Part shown: piece after piece, positions 1-13,660 of the stretch | Layout of the letters: every line of letters starts with the position of its first letter | Numbering within the stretch: the first letter of the stretch is position 1 | Source: Octopus vulgaris | Lineage: Eukaryota | Length of the DNA stretch: 64,000 nucleotides | Direction: 5' to 3' | Assembly (NCBI GenBank): GCA_951406725.2 | Contig: OX597840.1 | Coordinates: 24,986,001-25,050,000 of the forward strand | Notes under the pieces: model-generated | What the model saw: only the letters and a program-made list of their open reading frames with translations | What the model was told of the DNA's origin: nothing | Database searches by the model: none | Translations under genes and position numbers: made by a program

Positions 1-331
1 GATAGATAGATAGATAGATAGACAAAATGTCAGGTCGTTCTTGAGTGCACTTGAGTGTTACTGGTTAACATGTAACCCAGTACAACTTGTCGTATAGTCG
101 AATGATCGGAGACTAAACCGGCAACCCTGCCAAGGTTGCTTGGTGAGGCAGTGATATATTCGGACACCCTGTCGGACGAAAAACACAACTCGTCAAAGGG
201 CGGTGGAACTCTTGAGAGCCAATGCCAACCCTGTTGTGTGTATAAATGTATAGGTGTGTGTGCGAGAGTGTATGTATATATATTGTGTGCGTCTGGTTGT
301 GGATGGGTGTATGTATATAAATTTTAACCAT

Positions 332-509
332 AGGCGCAGGAGTGGCTGTGTGGTAAGTAGCTTGCTTCCGAACCACATGGTTCCGGGTTCAGTCCCATTG
401 CGTGACACCTTGGGCGAGTGTCTTCTACTATAGCCTCAGGCCAACCAAAGCCTTGTAAGTGGATTTGGTAGACGGAAACTGAAAGAAGTCTGCCGTGTGT
501 ATGTATATA

Positions 510-581
<72 letters not shown>

Positions 582-769
582 TGTGAACATCGCTTGACAA
601 CCGATGCTGGTGTGTTTGCGTTCCCGTAACCTAGCGGTTCGGCAAAAGAGACCGATAGAATAAGTACTAGGCTTACAAAGAATAAGTCCTGGGGTCGATT
701 TGCTCGACTAAAGGCAGTGCTCCAGCATGGCCCGCAGTCAAATGACTGAAATAAGTACAAGAGTAAAAG
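332..769 (+). mobile_element. tRNA-derived SINE, family A (CORE-like segment, internal TG/TA microsatellite, GAGTAAAA-type tail)
   Basis: Head GGCGCAGGAGTGGCTGTGTGGTAAG...GGTTCAGTCCC with Pol III A/B-box-like motifs and a CACCTTGGGC(A/G)AGTG segment; more than 10 full or partial copies in the window. Confidence 0.9.
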
Positions 770-1030
770 CGTATAAACTTGTTTTACTTCGGAAACTTTT
801 GCTTTAAAAATTGTATCTTATTTAATTTTATCTTGTATTTCTTATTTTTATATATAATCCCAATAGATTAGGATTAAAGACCCCAGAATTATTTAATAAC
901 TTACCAAAACATCTGAGAGATCTACATGGAGTAGGGGGCAGATGTTTTCAAGAAACGATTTGACCTCCTGCTATCAAAACTCCCAGAAGAACCAATACCA
1001 AGGCAGGAAACCCAAAAGAGGGCAGCAGTG

Positions 1031-1112
<82 letters not shown>

Positions 1113-1220
1113 CTTTCACTTCTTTTCTTTCTCTTTCTCTCTCTCTCACTCTCTCTCTCTCTCGCCCTCTATCTCTCTATCTATCTATCTATATCTATCT
1201 TTCTCTATCTCTCTCTCGCG

Positions 1221-1261
<41 letters not shown>

Positions 1262-1371
1262 AAAGCCAAATCACATAAGACTTGTCAATTAAAAAGTTGC
1301 TCACGCAGGTAGTGCTCCAGCGTGGTCACATCCTTAGGGCACAAAGATATAAAAGAAGAATACACCATATA

Positions 1372-1780
1372 GGCGCAGGAGTGGCTGTGTGGTAAGTAGC
1401 TTGCTAACCAACCACATGGTTCCGGGTTCAGTCCCACTGCGTGGCATCTTGGGCAAGTGTCTTCTGTTATAGCCCCGGGCCGACCAATGCCTTGTGAGTG
1501 AATTTGGTAGACGGAAACTGAAAGAAGCCTGTCGTATATATGTATGTATGTGTATGTGTGTGTGAGTATGTGTTTGAGTGTCTGTGTTTGTCCCCCTAGC
1601 ATTGCTTGGCAACCGATGCTGGTGTGTTTACGTCCCCGTAACTTAGCGGTTCGGCAAAAAAGAGACCGATAGAATAAGTACTGGGCTTACAAAAGAATAA
1701 GTACCGGGGTCGATTTGCTAGACTAAAGGCGGTGCTCCAGCATGGCCGCAGTCAAATGACTGAAACAAGTAAAAGATAAA
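1372..1780 (+). mobile_element. SINE family A, full length, 25-bp target site duplication
   Basis: ATATAAAAGAAGAATACACCATATA occurs at 1347-1371 and 1781-1805. Confidence 0.92.
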
Positions 1781-1901
1781 ATATAAAAGAAGAATACACC
1801 ATATATAGCTATTATTTAATTTCTGGTTGTATTGCATATCATAATTTGATAATTCTGATATAACATTGATAATCTAGTCCCTGATTCTTGGGTCTTCTTA
1901 T

Positions 1902-2014
1902 CCTTTTCTACTCTTGGCACAAGGCCCGAAATTTTGTGGGAGGAGGCCAGTCGATTAGATCGACCCCAGTACGCAACTGGTAATTAATTTATCGACCCCG
2001 AAAGGATAAAAAGC
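1902..2014 (-). mobile_element. SINE family B, 3' fragment (alternative tail)
   Basis: Contains ATCGACCCCAGTAC..AACTGGTA..ATCGACCCCGAAAGGAT, shared with the family B copies. Confidence 0.75.
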
Positions 2015-2016
2015 AA

Positions 2017-2240
2017 CGAGGCTCTGCTGAAAAGTTCCTGACTTTGGGTAAAAGAAAATAGAGGAGGATCACTTAATTATGATTTTATTCAACATATTCC
2101 CCTCCTCTCAGATTCACACATTTATTGCAGGGGTCATACAGTTTTCCTAAGCCCTGTAAAAGAACTTGGAAGATTGGGCTTCCAACCAAGCCTTTCACGA
2201 CACTCTTAAATACAAGAACTTTCCAGAAACCCTTGTAAAT
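2017..2240 (+). mobile_element. Probable Tc1/mariner-type non-autonomous element end fragment
   Basis: Starts CGAGG..TGCTGAAAAGTTCC, resembling mariner TIRs; the partner TIR was not found. Confidence 0.4.
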
Positions 2241-2243
2241 ATT

Positions 2244-2642
2244 CTCTCTTTTACTCTTGTACTTGTTACAGTCATTTGACTGCGGCCATGCTGCAGCAAC
2301 GCCTTTTAGTCGAGCAAATCTACCCCGGGACTTATTCTTTGTAAGCCCAGTACTTATTCTATCGGTCTCTTTTGCCGAACCGCTAAGTGACGGGGACGTA
2401 AACACACCAGCATCGGTTGTCAAGCAATGCTAGGGGGAAAAACACAGACACACACACATACATACATATATATATATACATATATACGACAGGCTTCTTT
2501 CAGTTTCCGTCTACCAAATCCACTCACAAGGCATTAGTCGGCCCGAGGCTATAGCAGAAGACACTTGCGCAAGATGCCACGCAGTGGCACTGAACCCGGA
2601 ACCATGTGGTTGGTAAGCAAGCTACTTACCACACAGCCACTC
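2244..2642 (-). mobile_element. SINE family A
   Basis: Reverse complement of the 332-769 consensus. Confidence 0.9.
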
Positions 2643-2762
2643 AACTCACTTTGATATTTATCATTGTTTGATTTCACTTTTTCAATATCAGCGACAGTGG
2701 ACGCTGGAAAAAGTATAAGTATTTGTGAAGGAAATCTAATTCTCGGCGACAACTATGATTGT

Positions 2763-2807
2763 CACACGCTGACGAGAGGTCAATACCTCGAAACTCGAGT
2801 CCGTGTG
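2763..2807 (+). ncRNA. Type I minimal hammerhead ribozyme
   Basis: cacacg CTGACGA gaggt caat acctc GAAA ctcgag TC cgtgtg: 6-bp stem I, 5-bp stem II, palindromic stem III, GUC site. Confidence 0.93.
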
Positions 2808-3115
2808 TATCATAAGTTGAAGACGGGAAGGATGACTTCCCTTTGCAAATACTGACAGGACACAGATAGTGTGTCTATGGCCAGCTGGAGGAGTGTGTCC
2901 TCCTGGGGCTAAAAACTACAGTAGCATCCACCCTTAGGGGTTAGCCATATTGAAATGGCAAAAATACGTCACGATGTGTTACCGCTACTGTATATAACTC
3001 ACATTGATATTTATCATTGTTTGATTTCACTTTTTCAATATCAGCGACAGTGGACGCTGGAAAAAGTATAAGTATTTGTGAAGGAAATCTAATTCTCGGC
3101 GACAACTATGATTGT

Positions 3116-3160
3116 CACACGCTGACGAGAGGTCAATACCTCGAAACTCGAGTCCGTGTG
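3116..3160 (+). ncRNA. Type I minimal hammerhead ribozyme (second unit)
   Basis: Identical to 2763-2807. Confidence 0.93.
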
Positions 3161-3321
3161 TATCATAAGTTGAAGACGGGAAGGATGACTTCCCTTTGCA
3201 AATACCGACAGGACACAGATAGTGTGTCTATGGCCAGCTGGAGGAGTGTGTCCTCCTGGGGCTAAAAACTACAGTAGCATCCACCCTTAGGGGTTAGCCA
3301 TATTGAAATGGCAAAAATACG

Positions 3322-3359
<38 letters not shown>

Positions 3360-3381
3360 ATGTTACATTACTCGGTAGTCA

Positions 3382-3444
3382 AGATAAAACTCTGAGTTTC
3401 AGATGCCGAAGTGGAAATCCACAACACCATCTCTTCGGTTATCT
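3382..3444 (-). ncRNA. Hammerhead-like motif, U4C variant (left arm)
   Basis: Reverse complement of 3600-3662. Confidence 0.65.
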
Positions 3445-3599
3445 GGCCATCTGAAAAGACGCTATGAAAAAATACCGTTAAATAAAGGGAAATTGACGAA
3501 AAATGCGAGCGATGTATAAGTACGCAGGCAAGCAGAGTTATAACAGAGTAATTTTCCTTTATTTATCGGTATTTTTTCATAGCGTCTTTTCAGATGGCC

Positions 3600-3662
3600 A
3601 GATAACCGAAGAGATGGTGTTGTGGATTTCCACTTCGGCATCTGAAACTCAGAGTTTTATCT
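3600..3662 (+). ncRNA. Hammerhead-like motif, U4C variant (right arm)
   Basis: agataa CCGAAGA gatg...catct GAAA ctcagag TT ttatct: 6-bp stem I, GUU site. Confidence 0.65.
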
Positions 3663-3758
3663 TGACTACCGAGTAATGTAACATATTGTATAGATAAATT
3701 TCCTCTACTTACATAATATTGAGGTCTCTTTCTTTCTTTTGTTATCTTACCGTTTTAT

Positions 3759-4080
<322 letters not shown>

Positions 4081-4096
4081 AGAATATATATATATG

Positions 4097-4132
<36 letters not shown>

Positions 4133-4156
4133 TTCTCTCTATCTATATATATATAG

Positions 4157-4188
<32 letters not shown>

Positions 4189-4376
4189 CATACATAAATA
4201 CACGCATACACATACGCACACAAGCCAACACGGTTATGTATTAAAAGCGTTATTTAATCTTGTGGAATAGTTTTGTTTTGTGAGAAAAAATATGAGCGAA
4301 AAGAAAAGGACGAGAAAAGAAAAGAAGTCCATAAAAATAAAACGTGTTTTGTTGAATGAGAGAGAAAGAGGGAGAG

Positions 4377-4433
<57 letters not shown>

Positions 4434-4559
4434 AGATGAGGTGGGAGGTTGTAGCGTAAAGGGAAAAGTGGTCTTACCAGTCGTGTTGGTTTGTCTCATT
4501 CGGAGCGGACACCGAAAAGACGAAAAAGACCTGTGGGAAAGGACTTGCAGAAGAGCATT

Positions 4560-4646
4560 ACAAACAACAACAACAACAACAACGATGATGATGATGATGA
4601 TGATGATGATAATAAAAATAATCCTTTCTTCTAAATAATAATAATG

Positions 4647-4695
<49 letters not shown>

Positions 4696-4717
4696 CAACA
4701 ATAATAATAACAATAAC

Positions 4718-4761
<44 letters not shown>

Positions 4762-4840
4762 CAACAATAATAATAACAATAACGATAATAATAATAATAA
4801 TAACAATAATAATAACAACAACAATAATAATAACAATAAC

Positions 4841-4885
<45 letters not shown>

Positions 4886-4938
4886 CCTTTCTTCTAAATA
4901 ATAATAATAATAACAATAATAATAATAACAATAATAAC

Positions 4939-5012
<74 letters not shown>

Positions 5013-5040
5013 TGATGATGATAATAATAATAATAATAAA
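4560..5040. repeat. (AAT)n/(AAC)n microsatellite
   Basis: Directly visible. Confidence 0.95.
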
Positions 5041-5228
5041 AATCTCGAGAAGTACGTTGGATAAATAGGGGCTGCAGTAAAGGTTGAGCACTTCCAGAAA
5101 ACAGCACGGTTTGGAACCGTTCGAATACTCCGGAAGGTGCTCGAAAAATAAGAGGTGTTACCTTAGTTCACTGGTAGTGAACAGCTGACACTGTAGTATA
5201 TCTCCAGCGTCAGAAGCTTTGCAAAGGC

Positions 5229-5229
<1 letters not shown>
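5041..5229 (+). mobile_element. Dong/R4-like non-LTR retrotransposon 3' fragment in (AAT)n
   Basis: 5041-5151 translates NLEKYVG*IGAAVKVEHFQKTARFGTVRILRKVLEK*, matching the QK..LLGT..ILRKVL C-terminus of R4/Dong proteins; flanked by AAT tracts. Confidence 0.75.
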
Positions 5230-5284
<55 letters not shown>

Positions 5285-5307
5285 GAAGAAGAAGAAGAAG
5301 AAGAAGC

Positions 5308-5855
5308 ACCCGGATGCAGTACCAGGCTGTGGCTCTCATGGCTTCTGATCTTAACTGATTGGAAGTGTTATCATGTACATTGTTTTGTCTTGGTATAAAA
5401 GATGGGCTACAGCAAATATTCTGCTCAATACCACAGATTTACTTGTCAGTTGTTTGACCTTAATCAGTTGAGCATGTCCCTTAGTGGCTGACGATATGTG
5501 CATCTCTGATCACGAGCAGAAGTAGTGGGGGAGCATCATGGCCATGTGTTGAGAGGGATTCTTTGGGGTTTGAATAATTCACCTCTGGAAACATGGATGG
5601 TTCTTTCAACATCCTGAAACAATCGTTATTCGGGGACTTTTTGAGCGGGATGGGCTACTTCACCAGAAGAAAATTCTAACTGGGCACCACCTGCAAGGTT
5701 GTGTGCTGTTTATCTTGACATGAGATCATGTCGTGCACATATGGTTGTGATGCATGTGCCTGGTGTACCCTTATCAGACAGGTAGTCACGATGGTTATAT
5801 TGGGCCTATATTATTGTACCCACTGTCAATTTGATGGTATGCCTCTACTCTCTCA

Positions 5856-5858
<3 letters not shown>
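5308..5858 (+). mobile_element. Unclassified insert ending in (AAT)n, possibly a retroelement 3' UTR
   Basis: Complex ~550-bp island with sharp borders between microsatellites; no ORF. Confidence 0.35.
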
Positions 5859-5920
<62 letters not shown>

Positions 5921-5939
5921 CAACAACAATAATAATAAT

Positions 5940-6146
5940 CCTTTCTACATAAGCACGAGGCTTAAAATTTTGGGGGAGGGAGCTAATCGATTTCGTCGAC
6001 CCCAGTACTCAACTGGTATTTATTTCATCGACCCTGAAAGGATGAAAGGCAAAGTCGACCTCGGCGGAATTTGAACTCAGAACGTAATGGGCAGACGAAA
6101 TACGGTTACGCATATTTCGCCCGGCGGTGCTAACCATTCTGCCAGC
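5940..6146 (-). mobile_element. SINE family B (alternative tail)
   Basis: Shares the head and core with 3856-4080. Confidence 0.82.
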
Positions 6147-6204
6147 AACGACAACAATAACAACAACAAATAAGAATAACGAAAATAGCAATACAACGAC
6201 AGAA

Positions 6205-6362
<158 letters not shown>

Positions 6363-6638
6363 TACTACTACTATTACAACTACTACTATTACTAATACTA
6401 CAAAAGACAGTCATTACTCATGTGTCTAAGATTATGAATAACAGTGTTGTAATGTCGTATTTCTCGCTGAAAAACACCCAACATCTGACCCCTGACCCCC
6501 ACCCACCCACACACTACCACCACCACCGCCACTGTCACCACCACCACCACCACCAGTACCACCACCAGTACCACCACCACCGCCACCGCCACCACTTCCA
6601 CAACCACCATCACCTCCAACATCGCCACCACCAAAACC

Positions 6639-6670
<32 letters not shown>

Positions 6671-6793
6671 CATCACCAACACCATTGTCGCCGCCACTAC
6701 AACCTCCACCACCACAACCACCACCACCTGTACCACCGCCGCCGCCACTAGCATAACCAGAACCGTTTTCGTTTCCTTTTATACATGCGTGTG

Positions 6794-6829
<36 letters not shown>

Positions 6830-7059
6830 GGTAGGTGTGTATATGCGTGTGATTTTGTTTCTTTGTGTGTGTGTGAATATATGTGAATGTGTGTCAATGA
6901 GTGAGTGCCTTTGTGTGTGCGCGGATGACATTGCATGTCATTTGTATATATACACAAAAACACACACACACACAATGTATATAATATACACCCTTTCAGT
7001 TATGAATGTGTGGGTATACATACATATAAACGGACTTAAAGGATGCATGTATATATATG

Positions 7060-7156
<97 letters not shown>

Positions 7157-7301
7157 TACAAACAAACATACATATTAGATATATACATACATATAGACAT
7201 ACACATACAGATATATATATATATACCTATACGCTCACACATATATATAAACATCTATACAGACACACATACACATGCACACACACACTCACATATATAT
7301 T

Positions 7302-7348
<47 letters not shown>

Positions 7349-8168
7349 TTATATATACATACATATACGCAGATATATATAGATATGCATATATATATAA
7401 CATTAACGTAACATATACCTACATACAAACATACATACAAACATACAATCGTACATGCATACATACTTACATACATGCATGCATACATACATACATACAC
7501 ACACATACACACATACACACATACATACATACACACACATACATACATACATACACACACACATACATACATACATACATACATACACACATACATACAT
7601 ACATACATACACACACATACATATATACATACATACATACAGACACATACATATATACATACATACATACACACACATACACACACACATACATACATAC
7701 GTACATACATACATACTCACATACATACATACATACATGCATACATACATACATACATGCATACATACATACATGCACACATACATACATACATACACAC
7801 ATACATACATACACACACACATACATACATACATACTCACATACATACATACATACATGCATACATGCATACATACATACATACATACACACATACACAT
7901 ACACACATACACACATACATACATACATACATACATATACATACATACATACATACAAACATACATACACACACATACATACATACATACATACACACAT
8001 ACATACATACATACATTCACATACATACATACACATACATACAAACATACATACACACATACATACACACACACACACATACACACATACATACATACAT
8101 ACATACATACATACACACATACATACATACATACACACATACATACATATATACCTACACACACACAT

Positions 8169-8199
<31 letters not shown>

Positions 8200-8224
8200 T
8201 ACATACATACATACATACATACAC

Positions 8225-8257
<33 letters not shown>

Positions 8258-8274
8258 CCTACACACACACACAT

Positions 8275-8305
<31 letters not shown>

Positions 8306-8345
8306 TACACACACATACACACATACATACGTACACACACACATT
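7060..8345. repeat. (TA)n and (TACA)n compound microsatellite
   Basis: Directly visible; source of the HTYI/MYVC pseudo-ORFs. Confidence 0.95.
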
Positions 8346-9041
8346 CAAACGGAGGGAATTTACTGGGGAATTCCATCTACTTTTTAAAATACCTTACTTG
8401 AATCCGTCCGTGAAAATCTCTTCTCGTTGTGAATGACCCAAATTCTGGGTTCGCATATCAGCGTCTTAAGTAAGATTTAAAGGGAGGAAATGAAAGGAAG
8501 CAAATATCGAGGCCCTTGCTGCTGCTCTTCGCCGTTGTTGTGTGCCTGGGACGAAGAAGGGGACGTGACGAATAACTGGCTTCCATTTTCGGGACCCTTG
8601 CTAAAAGGATTACTTACAATGATATACATAAACAATGTATTTACAAAGGGGTGCATTCATCCAGAAATGTATTATCGATTAATGCGTATGTGTGTGTGTA
8701 AGTGTGTGTGAGTGCGTGCGTGTGTGTGTAAGTGTGTGTGTGCGTGTGTGTGTGTGTGTTTGTGAGTGTTTCTTTGTTTGTGTCTAAATACGTTTGTTGA
8801 TATATACTTACTTATATACATTCGTATACATAGATAAATGCACGCATACACACTCACACATAGTCACACACTTATATATGCATATATATATGTATATATA
8901 TATATACATATATATATGTATATATATATACATATATATATACTTATATATACATATATATACATACATATACACATATATGCATACACATTTATATATA
9001 GGTACATATATATATATATATACATATACACACATATATAT

Positions 9042-9072
<31 letters not shown>

Positions 9073-9082
9073 CATATATATG

Positions 9083-9136
<54 letters not shown>

Positions 9137-9416
9137 CTCATATGTATATATATATATGCATATATGCGCGCGTAAGTAAATATGACTATTCATATGTATA
9201 TATGTATATATATATATATGTGTGTGTATATGCATATATTTACATGTACGTACACGTATCTCTCGACGTGTATATGTATGTGTGTATGTGTGTGTATGTG
9301 TGTGTGTGTGAAAATATACATAGGTTTGTGTACATAAATACACATGCATGGAAATATACATATACATATACATACACACACATATATATATATATATACA
9401 TATATACATTTAAATA

Positions 9417-9453
<37 letters not shown>

Positions 9454-9762
9454 GTGTGTGTTTGTATATATGTGTATGTAGGTGCATACGTGTGTGTGTG
9501 TGTGTCACTCATACACATATGTGTGGGTGTCTGTGAGTGCGTGCTATGTGTAATGCTGTCGATGTGTGAGGGATAACTAACATCTATGGAACCGTAACTA
9601 ATGGTTTATATTTCTGATTACAACATAAACACATACAACCACATATATACACACACATATTCAGTTACACGCACACAAATACCGTGGACGCACATATTTA
9701 TGTACGAATAGAGAGAGACACACACACACATATCCATGCACACATACATACACACGTATATG

Positions 9763-9820
<58 letters not shown>

Positions 9821-9822
<2 letters not shown>

Positions 9823-10103
9823 AATATGAGAGAGAATCCACTATGTGGACGCTCTTACGCTAGATATAGATCCGCAAAGGGACTCAACCACTAAGAGTTG
9901 TTCTTAAGAAAAAATTGAGAACAATTCTTAGTGGTTGAGTCCCTTGCGGATCTATCTCTAGCGTAGAGCGTCCACATAGTGGATTCTCTCTCATAGTTGT
10001 GCATTAATAATATTTACTGAATCTGTCTTTTATGCGCTAGGCCACTTGGCGTTTAAATTGATGTTATTAAATTAATATCCTATTTTTTCACCCTCATTTT
10101 GAC

Positions 10104-10110
<7 letters not shown>
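9821..10110. mobile_element. (TA)n-nested fold-back element
   Basis: Inverted arms ~9821-9904 / 9918-9999 with a right-hand extension. Confidence 0.65.
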
Positions 10111-10157
<47 letters not shown>

Positions 10158-10169
10158 TACATACATACA

Positions 10170-10358
10170 GAAGAAAGAGTGAGAGAAAGTTGTGGCGAAA
10201 GAGTACAGCAGGGATCACCACCATCCTCTGCCAGAGCCTCGTGGAGCTTTTAGGTGTTTTCGCTCAATAAACACTCACAACGCCCGGCCTGGGAATCGAA
10301 ACCACGATCCTACGACCGCGAGTCCGCTGCCCAAACCACTGGACCATTGCGCCTCCAC
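10170..10358 (-). mobile_element. SINE family C, 5' half (tRNA-Arg-like head)
   Basis: Reverse complement GGAGGCGCAATGGTCCAGTGGTT...GGTTTCGATTCCC; matches 37872. Confidence 0.85.
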
Positions 10359-11200
10359 ACATACACACACACACACACACATACACTCACACACATACAT
10401 ACATACACACATACACACATACATACATAAATACATACATACATACATACATACATACATGCATGCATGCATGCATACATACATACATACATGCATACAT
10501 ACATACATACATGCATACATACATACATACATACATACATACATACATGCATACATACATACATACATACATACATAAATACATACTCACATACATACAT
10601 ACATACATACATAAATACATACTCACATACATACATACATACATACATACATACATACATACATACATGCATACATACATACATACATACATACATACAT
10701 ACATAAATACATACTCACATACATACATACATACATACATACATACATACATAAATACATACATACATACATACATACATACATACATACATACATACAT
10801 ACATACATACATACATGCATGCATGCATGCATGCATACATACATACATACACATACACACATACATACATACATACATACATACATACATACATACATAC
10901 ATACATGCATGCATACATACATACATACATACACACATACATACATACATACATACATACATACATACATACATACATACATACACATACATACATACAT
11001 ACATACATACATACATGCATGCATGCATACATACATACATACATGCATGCATACATACATGCATACATACATACATACATACATACATACATACATACAT
11101 ACATACATACATGCATGCATACATACATGCATACATACATACATAAATAAATACATACATACATACATACATATATACATACATACATACATACATACAT
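10359..11200. repeat. (CATA)n microsatellite
   Basis: Directly visible. Confidence 0.95.
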
Positions 11201-11898
11201 ATGCTCAGTTTCTGCCGGCTAACTTCACTCACATGGCATTTGACGGATCGGGGCTATAGTACAAGGCCCTGGCTTAAGGTGCCACGTTGTGGGACCGAAC
11301 ACAAAACCACGTGATTACAAAACATGCTTCTTAACCGTAACCACACAGCTACGAACGTTGTTGACTTAATGAACGATATTTTTTCTAGAAGGATTATATC
11401 TGAAACCAACCAGAATCTCAAGAGTATAACTAAGATACAATGGAGGGAGAATTTTCAGAATATTAGAGCTGAAGAAAGAAAAAAAAAAGATCATTCTTTA
11501 GCTGTTAATGTAAAATCAATAATCATCTTTGTTGAATATGGTTAACTGTACGATTGTTGCAGAGAATAGGGCATAACGAGATAGGGGTAAAAAATAAATT
11601 ATAGATAATTTTGATAAAAGTTTAAAAGTTGAAACCCAAAAAAATATGGTGGAAAATTTTGTAGAATTACGCGTATGTGTGTCTTTTTTTTATGTAAGAG
11701 TATATTTGTATGTGTGTGTGTATGTGTGTGTGTGTGTGTGGAATTTTTCAGTGATCAATATCTTAGATTTATATCAATAGGAAGGAATATATATGTACAG
11801 ACATTGAAAAATCGATATGCACTATTAAGAGTGTGTGTGTATTGAATATATATATATATATATACATACATACATACACATACACACTTATAAATACA

Positions 11899-11987
<89 letters not shown>

Positions 11988-12113
11988 CGACATAGATATA
12001 TGTATGGATTTTCATTTAGATATGTATCAAACACCGCTGCATGGAATCTAAATATTATAGCACCAAACATCATGATATTATACTTCCCTATCAAAATATA
12101 CGAGAGAAAATAG

Positions 12114-12163
<50 letters not shown>

Positions 12164-12375
12164 TGTGTGTGTGTGTGTATTTATATATTTCAAAAGAATT
12201 TTAATAAAAGAAGGTGAAAGAACAAGCTTTATTCCGAATTACAGAAGTCTTGCTGTATGGTAACATGTGATAGCCGATAACTGTGAAGGGGCTTTGGAAA
12301 CCATGCTATCAGGTTATTACTTAGATAATACTAAATATCTATCTCTCTTTCTTTTTTCCTCTCATTCCACCTCCT

Positions 12376-12438
<63 letters not shown>

Positions 12439-12650
12439 AGTGTCTCAGAATTACATATCTATTTCAATGAAATTAGGTGAATTATAAAAAAGCTGACAGA
12501 ATTTTATGTTTATTACTTAATTATGATACCAAAACAAATGGATTTATAAAATCTTATGTCAAAAGTTTACTGAGAATTTTCCAACATCTGCTAAGAATCC
12601 TTGCGTTGCATAAGGAAAGACCGTGTCCCTACAAGTAATGTATATATATA

Positions 12651-12832
12651 GGGAGAGTTTACGAAAAAAAAACAAAAGACGAAGACAGGTGGTGTACAAA
12701 ACAAACAGATGTATAACGCTCAGGAATAGAAAAAGTCTTTTACGTTTCGAGCCTACGCTCTTCTACAGAAAGGGACACAGAAAAAACAAGGAGAGAAATA
12801 AGGAGAAAAATGTGTGTAGTGGCTAACGATCT

Positions 12833-12836
<4 letters not shown>
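12651..12836 (-). mobile_element. (TA)n-nested HHR element, copy 1 (HHR-like motif at 12737-12772)
   Basis: Minus strand reads cttt CTGTAGA a gagc gtag gctc GAAA cg TA aaag. Confidence 0.7.
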
Positions 12837-12882
<46 letters not shown>

Positions 12883-12884
<2 letters not shown>

Positions 12885-13042
12885 AAGAGTTCACAAAAGA
12901 AACAAAAGACGAAGACAGGTGGTGTACAAAACAAACAGATGTATTAGTATAGTGCTCAGGAATAGAAAAAATCTTTTACGTTTTGAGCCTACGCTCTTCT
13001 ACAGAAAGGGACACAGAAAAAACAAGGAGAGAAACAAGCAGA

Positions 13043-13045
<3 letters not shown>
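12883..13045 (-). mobile_element. Same element, copy 2 (GAAA mutated to AAAA)
   Basis: Direct repeat of 12651-12836. Confidence 0.7.
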
Positions 13046-13117
<72 letters not shown>

Positions 13118-13118
<1 letters not shown>

Positions 13119-13190
13119 GGGTGATGAAGATAGATCAAGTTTATGGGTGACAGACATATCTTGAAAAATCTGAAACCTGCGCAGGTCCCA
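13118..13190 (+). ncRNA. Hammerhead-like motif (C3G) in a TA-flanked insert at 13117-13381
   Basis: tgg GTGATGA agat...atct GAAA cctgcgcagg TC cca; palindromic stem III. Confidence 0.6.
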
Positions 13191-13378
13191 CATTATCCTT
13201 TTCCAGGTATTTCATCTTTCAGGTGTTCTCCCTGGAGGTAAGACAATTTTTTCTAGTTTGTTGCACACACGCATTTTTGCTAGTACATACGCGGTGAAGC
13301 TATACATTAGCGTCGTATTATTACGTTCGCTATTTCCAGTAAATATCGGTACTTCGTTGTGCCATACATTTACTTCTT

Positions 13379-13433
<55 letters not shown>

Positions 13434-13437
<4 letters not shown>

Positions 13438-13660
13438 AGAGTTTATGAAAAAAACAACAAAAGACAAAGACAGGTGGTGTACAAAACAAACAGATGTATT
13501 AGTATAACGCTCAGGAATAGAAAAAAGTCTTTTACGTTTCGAGCCTACGCTCTTCTACAGAAAGGGACACAGAATGAAACAAGGAGAGATATAAGGAGAG
13601 AAAAAAAATGTGTGTAGTGGCTAACGATCTATCATTGCGACTGACTCGGACAGAAGGTAC
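13434..13660 (-). mobile_element. Same element as 12651, copy 3 (HHR-like motif at 13529-13564)
   Basis: Direct repeat, extending slightly further. Confidence 0.7.

Larger units (their letters stand above)
2643..3325 (+). mobile_element. Retrozyme-like tandem dimer, 353-bp unit, ending in (TA)n
   Basis: Near-identical direct repeat 2643-2995 / 2996-3325; each unit has a canonical HHR. Confidence 0.85.

Noticed and set aside
5488-5525. CTGACGA in the AAT-nested insert
   Set aside because: No GAAA or stem I partner at a suitable distance.
8490-8600. GC-rich island as a possible minus-strand exon
   Set aside because: An acceptor-like site is present, but all frames stop soon and no homology is recognised.
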